This document shows, in pieces, positions 44,916-58,546 of a DNA stretch of 64,000 nt. The stretch comes from Alloascoidea hylecoeti (lineage: Eukaryota), in NCBI GenBank assembly GCA_001600815.1, contig BCKZ01000001.1:2132662-2196661 (forward strand), given 5' to 3'. Each line of letters begins with the position of its first letter. The first letter of the stretch is position 1. The notes under the pieces are model-generated. The model saw nothing but the letters and a program-made list of their open reading frames with translations, made no database searches and was not told where the DNA came from. Position numbers and translations under genes: made by a program.

Positions 44916-47900
44916 ATGTTGGAAGGCCTGGTAGCATCGCTTCTTAACAGGTTTTTGGTATGTTTAATTGGACTTTATTGATCGGCCTGCCTGCTTTCCA
45001 TTTGAACTAACAATTGACTCTCATTATAGGGTGCTTATGTATGATTGTGTGATCTTAGATCTTTTGCGGATCCCCTGGACTAACCATTTAATTTATAAAC
45101 AGGTCGACAACTTCGATCCAAAGCAATTGAAAATTGCAATATGGAATGGTGATGTTAAACTGCAAAACCTAAAAATTAAGAAAGAGGTATGTTATTGCTC
45201 AGCATATATATCGGATATGAGGTGGATATTAATTTCTTCCCTCCTATTATCCCTAGGCTTTAAATAAACTTAACCTCCCAATCGAAATACACACTGGGTA
45301 CCTTGAGCAATTGACTTTAAAACTACCATGGTCCAATTTAAGGAATGAACCCGTCAAATTACACATTGACGGTTTGTTTTTATTAGCCGAAAAAAGATCA
45401 GAATTTATTGGTCCGGATGAAATCGAAAAAAGGGAGCAAGAACTTAAACAGCAAATGCTAAGTAGTCTTGAAATCATGATTGAAAATCAAAAACAATTCA
45501 AAAAGCAATCTAAAAATCTTGATAATACAGATGACGATTCAAATAAAAATTTAACGGAATCTTTTATTTCAAAAATTGTTGATAATTTGCAAGTTACAAT
45601 TGGTAATATTCATTTTAGATATGAGGAAATTAATGTACCTAATAATGAAAATATAAATAAATTAAATAACATCAACATTAGTCCTGATTTTGCAATTGGC
45701 TTTACTTTAAATGAGTTATCTGCAATATCATCGAATATAAACTGGGAACCGAATTTTATTCAAGTAAGTCAAGCAATAACTCATAAATTGATTACTTTAA
45801 AATCTTTTGGTGTCTATTGGGATCCAAATGCAAAATCTATTAAAAATGATGATGACAATAGTATTGAGAATTTACTGATGAAGTTTAAAGAAACAATATC
45901 CCAAAATACTAGTGATGGAGATGGTAACGCCAATGGTAATAAAGACTCAAATTATATTATATCACCAATCTCAGGGACTGGAAGAGTAACCTTAAATAAA
46001 TCAGGTTCAACTCCAAGCAATCCAAAAACTGCAATAAATTTATTATTCAATAATATTGGGATCGAATTAAACTCAATTCAATATAATCAGTTCCTATCAA
46101 CGATTACAAATTATCAAATATACAAGAAAACTGAAAAGTTCAAGAAATTAAGACCATTGTGTTTACCAAGGGAAGACCCCAAAAAGTGGATCAAATATGT
46201 CGTGAATGTAATTTATAATGAAATTCATGAAAGAAATTTTAAGAATAGTTGGGAGTTTTTTAAGAAAAGAAGAGAGGAAAGAAAATCTTATATTAATCTC
46301 TTCAAAATTAAACATATTAATGAACAATCAAATAAAATTACATCACCCCAAGAGCTAGAAGAATTTAATGAATTAGAAAGGATTTTATCATATGAAGACA
46401 TTAGATTTTATAGATCTTTAGCAAGAATTGAATTAAAAAAAGAAAATGCTTTAGTTAAACAACAAGAGAAATTGGATAATAAAGATAATGACAACAAAAA
46501 TAATGGGGGCGGTTGGACTGCATGGATATGGGGATCAAAAGATAAAAACTCTTTATCAAATGAAGGCGATGATGATGATGATATTGACGAAGATGTTGTT
46601 ATGGATGATCAACAACGTAAAGAATTATTCGATGCAATTGAGTACGATGAACAATCTCAATTAACGGAGTCACTTGATATTCCTAAAGATCGCGTTACTT
46701 TTGAATTGATAACTTCTGTTCAAAATGGAAGTTTTACTATATCACAACCTAATATAGATGAAACTAATCTTAATTCAAAGTCAAAATCGTTAATGGTATT
46801 AAAATTTGATGATTTTAAAGCATTGTTTTATCAAAGGCCAGATTCTTTTCTTACAATTTGTAGTTTACAAGAGTTTAAAGTTGAAGATGGTACAAAAGAT
46901 ACGATTTATAAAAATATTGTCAGCGCCTCATCGAATCATGATGCTATAATAAACAATAATATTAATTCTGAAGAAGGAATTTCAACAAGACAAAAAACCC
47001 ATCCTAAAGATCCTCTTTTTTATGCATCATTTGAAAATAATCCATTAGATGGATCTGCAGATACTGCTTTATTTGCAAAACTTCAAAGTATGACTGTTTT
47101 TTACAATGTTAGATTTATTGAAGAATTATATAAATTTTTTACACCGCCGCAATTGAAACAAGAAACTATTGGTATTTTAATGAATGCGGCTGAATCGACT
47201 GTTGAAGGTTTAACAAATCAAACAAGAATTGGTTTAGAGTTTGCTTTACAAGAACATAAAACTATTAATTTAAAAATGGATTTACAGGCTCCATTAATTA
47301 TATTACCCTCAGATTCAACTGATTGGAAATCCTCTTGTGCGATAATTGATTCAGGCCATATAACTATTGAAAGTAATCTGGCGGATAAAACTATTGTTGA
47401 TGAAGTATATTCAAAAATCAATCAAAGATATACAAAAGAAGATTGGGATAGATTAAAATCTTTAATGTATGATAGGTTCAATCTAAAATTAAAAAATACT
47501 CAAATCTTAATTGGCCCCAATATTAAAGAAGCCCTTAAAGAGTTAACTGATACAAGCTCAGTTGCAAGAAATTGCTATGTTTTAGATAAATTTAATGTTG
47601 ATTTGCTATTACAAGTATCTATCCTTCAATCTTCCTCAGATCTAGTAATGTTCAAAATATCCGCTGAATTACCTATATTTAGAGCTTCAATTTCTGATAA
47701 AAAATATAAAATTTTGATGGAACTAATAACAAAATGTATCCCCAATTTTGAAAATGCAAATATTATTACAATCGATGACGATAGTAATGGTTTCAGTGGA
47801 TTTGGTTTAACTACGACTGAATTTGATAATCCACTAGAGATTATAAGTAGTTCAGAAACACTCTCAAATGATCATGAAGATATTGATGAGTTAAAATCTT

Positions 47901-50900
47901 TGACCTCAATATTAAAACAGGTTCCTGAATCGTCCTCTATTAAAAATAATAACCTACTCGATTTTTCATTCAAGGTTAATACTTTCCAGGTGGAGTTATT
48001 TAAATGTATTAATGAATCATCTTTTGAACAAGAAGCTTTAGCTGTTTTAAACATCGAAAACTTTGGAGTTGTTTTATCTTTAGCGAATAATGATATATCT
48101 GTTGATGTATTTTTAAATGCTTTATATATCGATGATCTTATTGAAAAAACAAATAATGCAGAATTTAAAAGACTTGTTTCATCCTCATCGACAACTACAA
48201 AAGATAATGATATGTTATTTAAATTAAAGTTTGCTCAAAAAGAAAGAAAAGTACTCGATGAATCAAATAGTCTTAAAGATGAAATTTCTATCTTTGATCA
48301 AACAATCTCTCTTCAAATGTCTGATATTATCTTTGTTTTTACAAGAGGTACAGTTTTAACCCTAATAGATTTTATAATAACGACATTTGTCGGGGATAAT
48401 CCAGAAGAAATACCACAAGCCCAGAATGATTCTTCAACTCAATTATATGATCCTATGAAATTATTATCTCAACACTTAGATGTGAAGGTAGATCTCAGCA
48501 GTATTACACTAATTTTAAATGACGATGGTATTAAAATCGCAACTCTAAAATTAAGTCAAGCCAATGTTGATGTTTCAATGGTTGATGCAAAATTAAAAGT
48601 TATTTCCAAAATTGGAGGATTAACTTTACATGATGAAGAGAATCAAACAATTGATAGAGAATCAGATTTTAGAAAATTGTTATCAATTGAAGGTAATGAC
48701 TTTGCTGATTTTAGATATGAAACCTTTGATGCTAATGATTCAAACGAATTATTTACTCAATCGATTTATTTACACTCAGGATTAATTAAATTTAATTTTA
48801 TTGAAAAGCCAATTAAAAACATTTTCAATTTCATTACTAGATTTTCAAAAATGAAAGAAATTTATGACTCTGCAACTGCTGCCGCAATATCTCAGGCACA
48901 GCAGATAGAATCGCCAGGTAGAATCCACTTTGACATTCTTATTAAGTCTCCAATTATTGTTTTTCCAAAATTAGTACCAGGTAGCGGAAAAATTGATAAA
49001 ATAACTGTAAATCTTGGTGAAATATATGCTCAAAATAAATTCTCTTATACTGGTGGAGGTAAATACCATATATTGAATGAGATAACTGCTGGAGTTAGAG
49101 ATACGCTTCTCACTTCACATTTCTATTTTGATGACAACGATCAAAAGTTAAATGTTCTTGACAATGTTGATCTAATTCTTAAAGTCTCATATAATGAGGA
49201 TGGGGAAGTTTTGAAAAAACCTCGTTTAGTGATAACAAGCTCATTGTCCGAAATTGATGTCAAATTAACAGAATTACAACTTAATTATCTTCTAACCCTT
49301 TCAACTTCAATTCCTAAAGTATTTGAAGTAGAGGATTATGAAGATGATAATGAAATTAAAAAAGAGGTTGCTATTTTGAAAGGTGAGAATCCATCCAATG
49401 CAAAATTATTGGTCGAGTCTGTCGCTAGACAGGATTCTTCAGCTATCAGTTCAGAAAACATTGATCCTCGTTACACAAATCTTACCTTCGAGTTCAAAGC
49501 AAATAAAGTAAGCCTTTCAATTTTTAACAATACTAAAGGAGAATCAGATATTTCAAAAAGACAACTTTCAAAATTCTCACTTAATGGTGTTAATGTAACT
49601 TTCAATGCTAATGAAGATGGTAGCTTCTACTCCTATTTTCATATTCACTCATTTACTGTACATGATATGAGAGAAATTCGTGAAAACATGTTCACAGAAG
49701 TCATCTCTTCATTGAAAGGTGATAACCATCAATTTATGGGTTCGGCCACTTCTACTAGAGGAAAGATAACACTGTTGTTATCTGTAGATGCTTTTCAGAC
49801 AATCGTTGCACTAGACTACATATTTGCGGTTAAATCTTTTGTTGATGTGGCCATTGCATCTACTACCGTTCCACCAAAAGTCTCAGAGAAATCTATAAGA
49901 GGCAAATCTGTTAGTGATTCAAAAGTTCAACTCGAAACTAACGAAAAAGATTCCTCTTCCTCCCAAGAACTAGTCTTTACTGTCAATATTAATGATACAT
50001 CTATCATTCTATTAGCTGACCCAACCAAGAAGGATTCAGAAGCAGTTGTGTTCGGTGTCGATGAATTTGTTATTTCAAGTAGAAAGGTTTTAGATATTAC
50101 CGGAACAAACATTGGAATGTATTTATGTAGAATGGATGCATTTGATAAGAATCCTTTAAAGATTTTGGACGATTTTTCATTCTCAACTTCGATTGATTCA
50201 AATTCTGAGAATTCGAAAGAATTACACACAAAAATCAAAGTTTCAGTTGATGCTTTAATTCTCAGATTATCAACCAATGATATCAGTCTTGCGCTTTCGA
50301 TTATTAGTAAAGCTTTAGAATTAAATGAATCTAATTCAAGCCAACTTGAAGAGATTTCAGGAGATATAGAGTCTAGTTCCCAGTATATTGAGGTTTCGGA
50401 AGATTTCCAACACCAATTATCAGCAAGAAAAAACTCTATCAATCCAGATGGACAATTATTGGTCCCATCAACCATTTCTAGAGTTATTAGAGAAGAATTG
50501 GAAGCTAATATTGCCGGAGTGAGAGTTGTTCTAATAGGAGCTCGACATGAATTACCAACCCTTGATGTTTGTATAAAACCTTTCAGAATTACTGGAAATG
50601 ATTGGTCTACTAATATGCTTATTGATACTACTATTAATTCATTTATCAATGTTTATAATTATTCGGCATCATCTTGGGAACCATTGGTTGAACCTTGGTC
50701 AATATCGGCTCGTCTTTCTAAAGATTCAGAAACCGGGTTATCATCTTTAGATATTGATTCAAAAGAAAATATTGAAATTACCTTAACTTCGGGTACGGTT
50801 AATTTATTCAGTGAGTTAACTTCACAAGTAACAAATGATAAAGATAACTTAATAAGATCAAGGACTGTGGATGCACCCTATAGAGTCTTAAATCAAACAG

Positions 50901-53900
50901 GATATAAACTCCGTCTATGGATTGATTCTGATAAACAAACAAATAACAGGCTCACAGAAATTGAAGATGGCGAGGAAATTCCATGGTCATTTGAAGATTG
51001 GAAAGAAATTAGAGAAAATTTAAATATTGATAATCAAAAATCTGTTTTTGGTGTGGAATTAATGGATGCGCCCTATTCTCCTATTAAAGGAATATCAGTA
51101 ACTGCCGAAGGCGAAGAAGTTTATGGATTAAGACCAAAGCGACAAGGTTATTTCGATCGCTTAGTTTGTACAGTTAAATTAAGGAAAGATAATGTTAAGT
51201 ATATAACGTTTGGGTCTACTTTAAAATTCTTCAACGAAACACAAGTTCCTATTAAGATCGGAACCTATATTGATGACTCATATTCACGAGAATGGATTAT
51301 AGAATCAAACGAATCTCGATCACTTCCCATACAATATGTTCATGATTATATAGTTAATATTAAACCATCTAATGATCTTGGGTTTGGATGGTCAAAAACT
51401 TGGTTTGATTGGAAACATATTCCTTCTGATGGTGCACAATACATTTCCACTTGTGAAACCGAGTCTTCAAATGATAATACAACATTTAATTTTCAAGTTA
51501 CTGTTGAACAGGCATCTACTAAAGCTGTATCACACCGTTATCCTATAATGAATATTAATATTTCTCCACCGTTGGAAATTGTTAATTTGCTCCCCTTTGA
51601 TATATCATATTCTATTTATGATAGAAGTGCACGAAGGGATTGGAGAAATTATTTGAAAAAGGGTGAAAGCAGTCAAGTTCACGTTGTTCATCTTTCTAAT
51701 ATATTGCTACTTAGTGTTTTACCTAAGGATTCTGGATTTAGTAAATCAGGGTTTGCTATTATAAATGCGCCCCGTAATTCTGGATTTTCAAATGAATATA
51801 AGTTATCACTTAAACATAATGATGGCCAAAAAATGTTTCTACGAATTCATTATGAGATAAAGAAAGGTGAAGGAAGTGGAATGGTTTTATATATCAACTC
51901 ACCGTATTTAATCGTCAATAAAACAGGATTAGAACTTATGATTAACGAAAAATATAATGTTATGACTTCTGAAGTATCAGAAGATTATGATAATAATAAG
52001 CTGATTAGAAAGGCGGAGCCAAAAATGTTTTCCTTTGAATCAGACGAAAAAAGTAATCGTGCCCTACTTAGGGTTGGAAATTCAGAATGGAGTTCTCCAA
52101 TATCATTCGAAGCAATTGGAAGTTCAATTGATGTTGGTATGAAATCAAGTGATAAAAGAACGGAGATACATGCTGGCGTTTATGTTACAGAAGGTACTGG
52201 TCAGTATAAATATTCAAAGATTGTTACAATCACTCCTCGTTATATCATAAAAAATAATATGCCATCAGATATGTTGGTAAAGGAATTTGGATCTGGTAAT
52301 CATACAACAGTGGAAACCAAAGGGCTATTACCGCTTTATTTCCTGAACACTTTTGCTAAAAAGCAATTAGTTTTGAGTTTTAGTAACGAAACTCCTTCTT
52401 GGACATCTTCATTTACAATAAATGATATTGGAGCAACGTACATTAAGATATATAAAAAAGATAAAGGGCATACATTAATTAAAGTCGAGGTGCTTCTTGA
52501 AAATGCAACACTTTTCATTCATTTAACAGAAGCTGATAACCAATGGCCATTTTCAATCCGAAACTTTACTAATAAAGAATTTATATTTTATCAATGTGAT
52601 CCAACAGTTGATGAGGATGGTAATAAAATAAACAATACAACCTTTGAACCAATATATTTCAAATTAACAGGTAAAAGTATTATGAATTACGCTTGGGATT
52701 ATCCATCTGCACCGGTCAAAGAATTGATCTTACAATGTGATGGAACTGAACGGCATGTTCAATTAGCCGAAATTGGAAACTTACCGCCAATGAAAATTAT
52801 ATCAAAGGAAAGTATAAACGAATCAAATATTTTTGATTTGAATGTTGTTGCGGATGGAATTGCACAATCTTTGGTTATTTCAAATTATAATCCATCATCT
52901 AGCTTATATAAACTGTCAAAAGGTAAAAATAGCAATGAATCATCAAGAAGTTTATCATCGACAACATCTTTTGAAATTGATAAAAATGAGAAAAAAGATA
53001 ATTTACAATCTAAAGTTTCAATTAATTTCAATGGTATTGGTATATCGCTTATAAATAAAAAGACTGAATTATGTTACTTAACAATTAAAGGATCTGAGCT
53101 CAAATATACTGTATCAGATTTATACGAAACAGTAACATTAAAAATCAAATGGCTCCAACTTGATAATCAATTATTTGGTAGCTCATATCCGATTGTGTTA
53201 TACCCAAGTTCCATACAAAAAAATTCAATGTCAATGAATTCTCATCCAATGTTATCAGGATCTATTTCAAAGGTGAAAGATAATAGTTATGGTATTACAT
53301 TCATAAAGTATGCAACAATTTTATTACAAGAAACATGTATTGAATTAGATACAGACTTTTTATTTTCAACCATGAATTTTTTTAGTGGAATTAAAACATT
53401 TGAATCACTGACAGACAATAATAATTTATTAAATGATATTACAATACCGGAACCACAGCAGGCATCATCTTCAAAGATATATTTTGAAATATTACATTTA
53501 CAACCGATTAAATTAAATTTATCATTTACTCAAAATGTATTAGTCAATTCAGGCAATGAAGCCGCTAAAATTGGATACTTAAAGTATATTTTTGATATTT
53601 TATCTTCGACAATTGGAAATGTTAACGATGCACCAATTAAACTAAATGCATTATATATGGAAAATGTTCGATCACCACTTCCAACATTGTTGCAATCAAT
53701 TTCAACACATTATTCACAAGGACTTTTATACCAAGTGTATAATATTTTAGGGTCTGCTGATTTTCTTGGTAATCCCGTTGGACTTTTCAATAACTTAAGT
53801 TCAGGTGTGGTTGATATATTCTATCAACCTTATCAAGGATTTATCATGAATGAGCGGCCACAAGAGCTGGGGATTGAATTAGCCAAAGGAGGATTAAGTT

Positions 53901-54679
53901 TTTTTCAAAAATCACTGTTTGGAATATCAGATAGCTTTGCAAAATTAACAGGTAGTGTTTCAAGAGGATTAACAGCTGCAACTATGGATGAATCATATCA
54001 AAATAGAAGATCCTTCAACTCTAATAACAAAAGAAATAGACCAACAAAAGCATTATCAGGATTTTCACAAGGTGCAAATTCGTTTGTTGAAGGGATCACA
54101 AGTGGTATTTCTGGGCTGGCATTGAATCCAATGCAAGGAGCATCAGAAGAAGGCACTTCTGGGTTTCTTAAAGGAATAGGTCGTGGTATTATTGGGCTTC
54201 CAACTAAAACAACGATTGGGATATTCGATATGGCATCAAACATTAGTGAAGGGATCCGTAGCTCTACGAATTCCGGAAATCAAGCATTACTGGAAAGAAG
54301 TAGATTAACCAGAAATATTAGTTACGATGGGGTTGTTAAGCCATATGTGAAACGAGAAGCGCAAGGGCAATTCTGGTTAAAAATGGTGAACAAAGGACAG
54401 TTCTTTAAAGAAGATTACATTGATCATGTCATTATCTCCAATGACCAAAAAGCGGTAATTGTATCGCTGAATTATGTTATTTGTGTTATACTAAATCGCT
54501 TAGAGACACAATGGATTATTGGATTTTCAGATATTTTTAGTATATCTGTTGAACATGGAGGTATAACTATCCAACTTAAAGGAGGGAAGCAAGGGCCTTT
54601 TATTATGATCCAAGAAGAGAGCACAAAGAAGGAATTTTATAGCAGTATTGCGATTGCGGTAAATAAGTTCAATCGTTAG
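44916..54679 (+). CDS. VPS13: Lipid transfer protein Vps13, 4 exons (44916-44957, 45030-45038, 45103-45186, 45257-54679), about 3185 aa
   Basis: Chorein N-terminus [62 protein letters not shown]. Confidence 0.95.
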
Positions 54680-54781
54680 GATATATATTTTTATAGGTAC
54701 TTTGGAATTTTGATTTTGATAAAATTTACACTTTGTAGTATGTATCACCAATTGTGTCTCACTATCTACCATATATAGCAA

Positions 54782-55359
54782 ATGAATAATATTAGTACCC
54801 CCCAAACGCAACCACAACTACACACACTGTCACCGTCACAGCCAGTGAGTGTTGACGGTCAATACGAACCTCTTCAGAGAGTGTCCATCTCGATAGAAGC
54901 CCCGGAAGCAAAAATTGTAGAGGTGGAATATTTAAAGGTCGAGGTATGTTTACGTTCACAATCAGCAACTTCAACATCAACGGACACTAATAAGACAAAT
55001 ACCAGATATACCGAGTAAGATCGGAGCTAAAGGATTTTTTGGATAGTGTTTTGCTTCATTTGAAGGATCATACGGATCGTAAGTTTATTATGTTTTACAT
55101 GCTTTACAAGTTTTACGTTAACGATCTCAACGTTTTTTATAATTCAGCAGTGGAATTTTACAAGAAAAGCATGAATAAAGTAAACAATTTAAACTCTCAT
55201 TTGGAATTGCTCATACAACAATATAAAGAACTGTCGGATGTCATCGAATATACCAAAATCAGACAGGGCTTGCTAGATCCCAACCAAACTTCTTTGAAGA
55301 TGGATTCCAATGGAGTTGTGTCTTCGGGACAGAGTGCCTCTCAGCCAATTCTTTTGTAA
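54782..55359 (+). CDS. Small helical protein, possibly Mediator tail subunit Med3/Med27-like; 3 exons (54782-54943, 55006-55078, 55148-55359)
   Basis: Introns GTATGT..CACTAAT..CAG and GTAAGT..CGTTAAC..CAG join two track ORFs into 148 aa. The amphipathic pattern only loosely recalls the Med3 N-terminus; gene structure is firmer than identity. Confidence 0.55.
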
Positions 55360-55375
55360 ATTCTCTTGTGAATTC

Positions 55376-55424
55376 TTTTTATTTTTATTTTTATTTTTAT
55401 TTTTATTTTTATTTTTATTTTTTT
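55376..55424 (+). repeat. (TTTTTA)n microsatellite
   Basis: About 8 copies between the Med3-like stop and RRN6. Confidence 0.9.
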
Positions 55425-55539
55425 ACTTGCTATTAAGGCCTTATGTTGAAATTTTCATTTTTTAATATTTGTCTAAAATTTTTTTGGTTGTTTTCTTTTT
55501 GACTCACTGATATGAAATCCAATATTACCTGTAATAATA

Positions 55540-58224
55540 ATGTGGCCGACTCGAAACAACCAGCCTGTTCAAATAGATTACGGCCATGACGGTAGTGTTC
55601 TATTTCTTCCTGACATAGATCCTAACCATCCCTGGCAATTTGCTCGTGAGCAGAGTGGTACTCGTCTATATGAAATAAAAAATTCAAAGCAATCAATGAT
55701 ACCTCCATCAAAACAAACAAAAGAAGATGAAGTTGAAAATGAAACTCAACATGAAGATGGAGACGAAAATGACTATGAAAAGAAAAATGGTCAGGACCAG
55801 GATCGAACTGAAATGATGCTCAACAAACCCCCTTTATGTATTACAAATGATTTACTGCAATATACGTCCTGGGAACAGAAACTATTATTGTCAGATATTG
55901 TATACGATCCAACAATAGGACGATTATTTACGCTTGGATCGATACCAACTTCAGCTACAACAAGAAATTCTTCACTTCCAATGATAGCCTATGTTAGTGG
56001 TGAACGTTGTAGTATAGTCAATATATCTATCTTAAAATACGGCATGGGTGATACTGTTTATAAAAAATATTCTTATGAAATTCAATATCCTGAGAATATC
56101 AATAAACAGGAAGTAAAATCAATAGAGCTGAAATTACCAATAAAACAAATAGAAATATTTAATTCCGATAGAGTATCATCAACAGCATCACCATATATTG
56201 CAATAAGAACAGATTTAATAGTTTATATTCTAAAAGTATCATATAATGTCAAGGAAAGAAGCATAGAAGTTAAACTGCTTGAAAAAATTGAAATTTCTGA
56301 AGTGAATAATGATAACTTTTCATATATTTCATTCAATCCATTTGATTTCAATATGTTTTCAATTATCGATGTTAAAGGGTACTGGAATATTTTTCAAATT
56401 AAATATCAAAATAATGAAAGAAACGAAAACAATCAACCGTTTCATAGATCAATTTTCAAAAAATTTAATCAATCAAAAAATATATATTCACCGAATGATT
56501 TATCACATTGGAAGAAAATAATATGGGGTAATGATTCAAATCATTTATTAATTTCCAATAGAGAATGTTTATATTCATTTGATTTATCGAATGATGATGA
56601 TAATGACAAGCAAAACGGATTAATATTAGTATTGCAGACAAATAAATTTTCAAAAATTCAAGATCTTATCATGCAAAAAAATAATTCCGATTTTGCCTTT
56701 ATATTAACATCAATGGATCTTATATGGGTTAATATTAATATTCCAATAATCCCTTTATTGTCATGGAGACATCCATTATATGATTATGATCCTTCAATAT
56801 GTTTAAATTCATTTGATCTAAATTTAAAAGGTAATGAGACGACTTTTGTTGTTATTGAATCTCAATTACATCCACTAATTTTGATTTATCAATTTTCTGA
56901 AATAAATGGATTGTTCAAATCGATTAATGATCCATTCTATCTGATATCTAGCGATAAAAACGATAAAATTGTTACTTCAGCTTATGTTACTTCTACTTTT
57001 ATGTCGTTGCATGATGACGAAGGTTTTGAATTGGATATTGATAAGGATGCTGATGATACTGACAATGATAGTACGGATAGTGATGATGAAAGCACGGATA
57101 GTGGTAATGATGGTGATGATGATGAGGATGATGATAGTACTAATAATGAAGATGAAAGTACTAGTAGTGATAATTTTAGCGATGGTAATGATAATACTGA
57201 CAATAATGAGGGTGATAATAAGGATGATAATATGGATGATAATAAGGATGAAATTTATTTTATGTACTGTATCAGAATGTCGAAATCTTTGGAAATCACA
57301 AGAATAAATTTATCAACAGTTAATGGACTGGAATTTGAAAATTCTTTCAAGCTTCCAAATACAACTATAACGGATGAGAACAACCTTTTCAAAGCACGCG
57401 GTAAGAAGACAACTAATCGGGAGTCTTATTATAGAACTCTATTTTCAAGATCTTCACAACCATTATCAAAACATATACAGAAAGATTTGGATGATATTGA
57501 AAGCTTTGGGAAGAAATTAGGATTGGGACTACAGTTTATCGGAGAAAATTTTAAACAAGATAATGTTATACTCCCATTTACTGAAATTGGTACTCCAGAA
57601 TATTATATATCAGATTTAGAAGAGCTATCTTCAATGTTAAGACCATTTCGTGACCATCATGAACGTAAAGGATTCTCACATATTGATTTCATGAATGGAG
57701 CAAAATATTTGTTTGATATTGATGAATGTCTTCACACGCCTGTAATGATAATGAATCAATTAAATAGATTATGGATTGATGTTATACCAACCCAAGAGAC
57801 GGAAATAGAAACAGAAACAGAAATAGAAAATGATAGAATAAATGAAATACGAATAATTAGACAAATTCATTCAAAAATAATTGCCGTTGATTTATCATTT
57901 AGTTATTTCGGTATTTACAATGGAGATGGGAGAGATATATCACCACCACAGGCAATGAGAAATGTTATTGACTTAATACCACAAAGTCTAAAGAATTTTG
58001 TCAGCACATGGGACGAACCGATTCCAAATTCAGTTCAAACACAGAGTGAAGGTGAAGAATCTCAATATGCAGAATCAAATTATAGTTCACAAGCACCAAC
58101 CATAACTTTGTCACAGGACGAAGACACCAGAAGTTCACAAACTCCAGTTATAATGTCACAGATTGAAAGGGGGGCGTTTGGAGGAAGAAAAAAAAAGAAG
58201 ATAAAAAAAAGAGGGTTTGCTTAA
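55540..58224 (+). CDS. RRN6: RNA polymerase I core factor subunit Rrn6
   Basis: MWP...YG..G start, LPIKQI, FNPFD, LLSWRH.L...DPS, SQ-rich tail ending KKKKIKKRGFA; Asp-rich insertion. Confidence 0.75.
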   Translation: MWPTRNNQPVQIDYGHDGSVLFLPDIDPNHPWQFAREQSGTRLYEIKNSKQSMIPPSKQTKEDEVENETQHEDGDENDYEKKNGQDQDRTEMMLNKPPLCITNDLLQYTSWEQKLLLSDIVYDPTIGRLFTLGSIPTSATTRNSSLPMIAYVSGERCSIVNISILKYGMGDTVYKKYSYEIQYPENINKQEVKSIELKLPIKQIEIFNSDRVSSTASPYIAIRTDLIVYILKVSYNVKERSIEVKLLEKIEISEVNNDNFSYISFNPFDFNMFSIIDVKGYWNIFQIKYQNNERNENNQPFHRSIFKKFNQSKNIYSPNDLSHWKKIIWGNDSNHLLISNRECLYSFDLSNDDDNDKQNGLILVLQTNKFSKIQDLIMQKNNSDFAFILTSMDLIWVNINIPIIPLLSWRHPLYDYDPSICLNSFDLNLKGNETTFVVIESQLHPLILIYQFSEINGLFKSINDPFYLISSDKNDKIVTSAYVTSTFMSLHDDEGFELDIDKDADDTDNDSTDSDDESTDSGNDGDDDEDDDSTNNEDESTSSDNFSDGNDNTDNNEGDNKDDNMDDNKDEIYFMYCIRMSKSLEITRINLSTVNGLEFENSFKLPNTTITDENNLFKARGKKTTNRESYYRTLFSRSSQPLSKHIQKDLDDIESFGKKLGLGLQFIGENFKQDNVILPFTEIGTPEYYISDLEELSSMLRPFRDHHERKGFSHIDFMNGAKYLFDIDECLHTPVMIMNQLNRLWIDVIPTQETEIETETEIENDRINEIRIIRQIHSKIIAVDLSFSYFGIYNGDGRDISPPQAMRNVIDLIPQSLKNFVSTWDEPIPNSVQTQSEGEESQYAESNYSSQAPTITLSQDEDTRSSQTPVIMSQIERGAFGGRKKKKIKKRGFA

Positions 58225-58546
58225 ATATTTACATAATTATAATGAAATATAAGTGCTTGATTTTTGGGGAGTTAGGAACGAACTATTTCGCATGTATTTT
58301 TTACGCAGAAATTTTAATATTAATATTGGTCCATAATTCTTCAATCAAATTATATGCTTACATAAGCATTATATTAAAATAACGTGTTAGCCCTATTTTT
58401 TCTTGGGTGGGTGGATGTATAGTAGTCCCGATCCGAAAAACCGAGTCACGCCACTTTCGACGTTTTTTCACGTTCGAAATAATAATTGAAGGTATCTTCG
58501 AATCCATCTCAGTTCCTCAAAGCAAACACAACTCATCATTACCAAA

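Noticed and set aside
49927..50649. 240-aa antisense ORF inside VPS13, and 58876-59382 inside RPL8
   Set aside because: Codon-aligned antisense shadows with no independent protein features.
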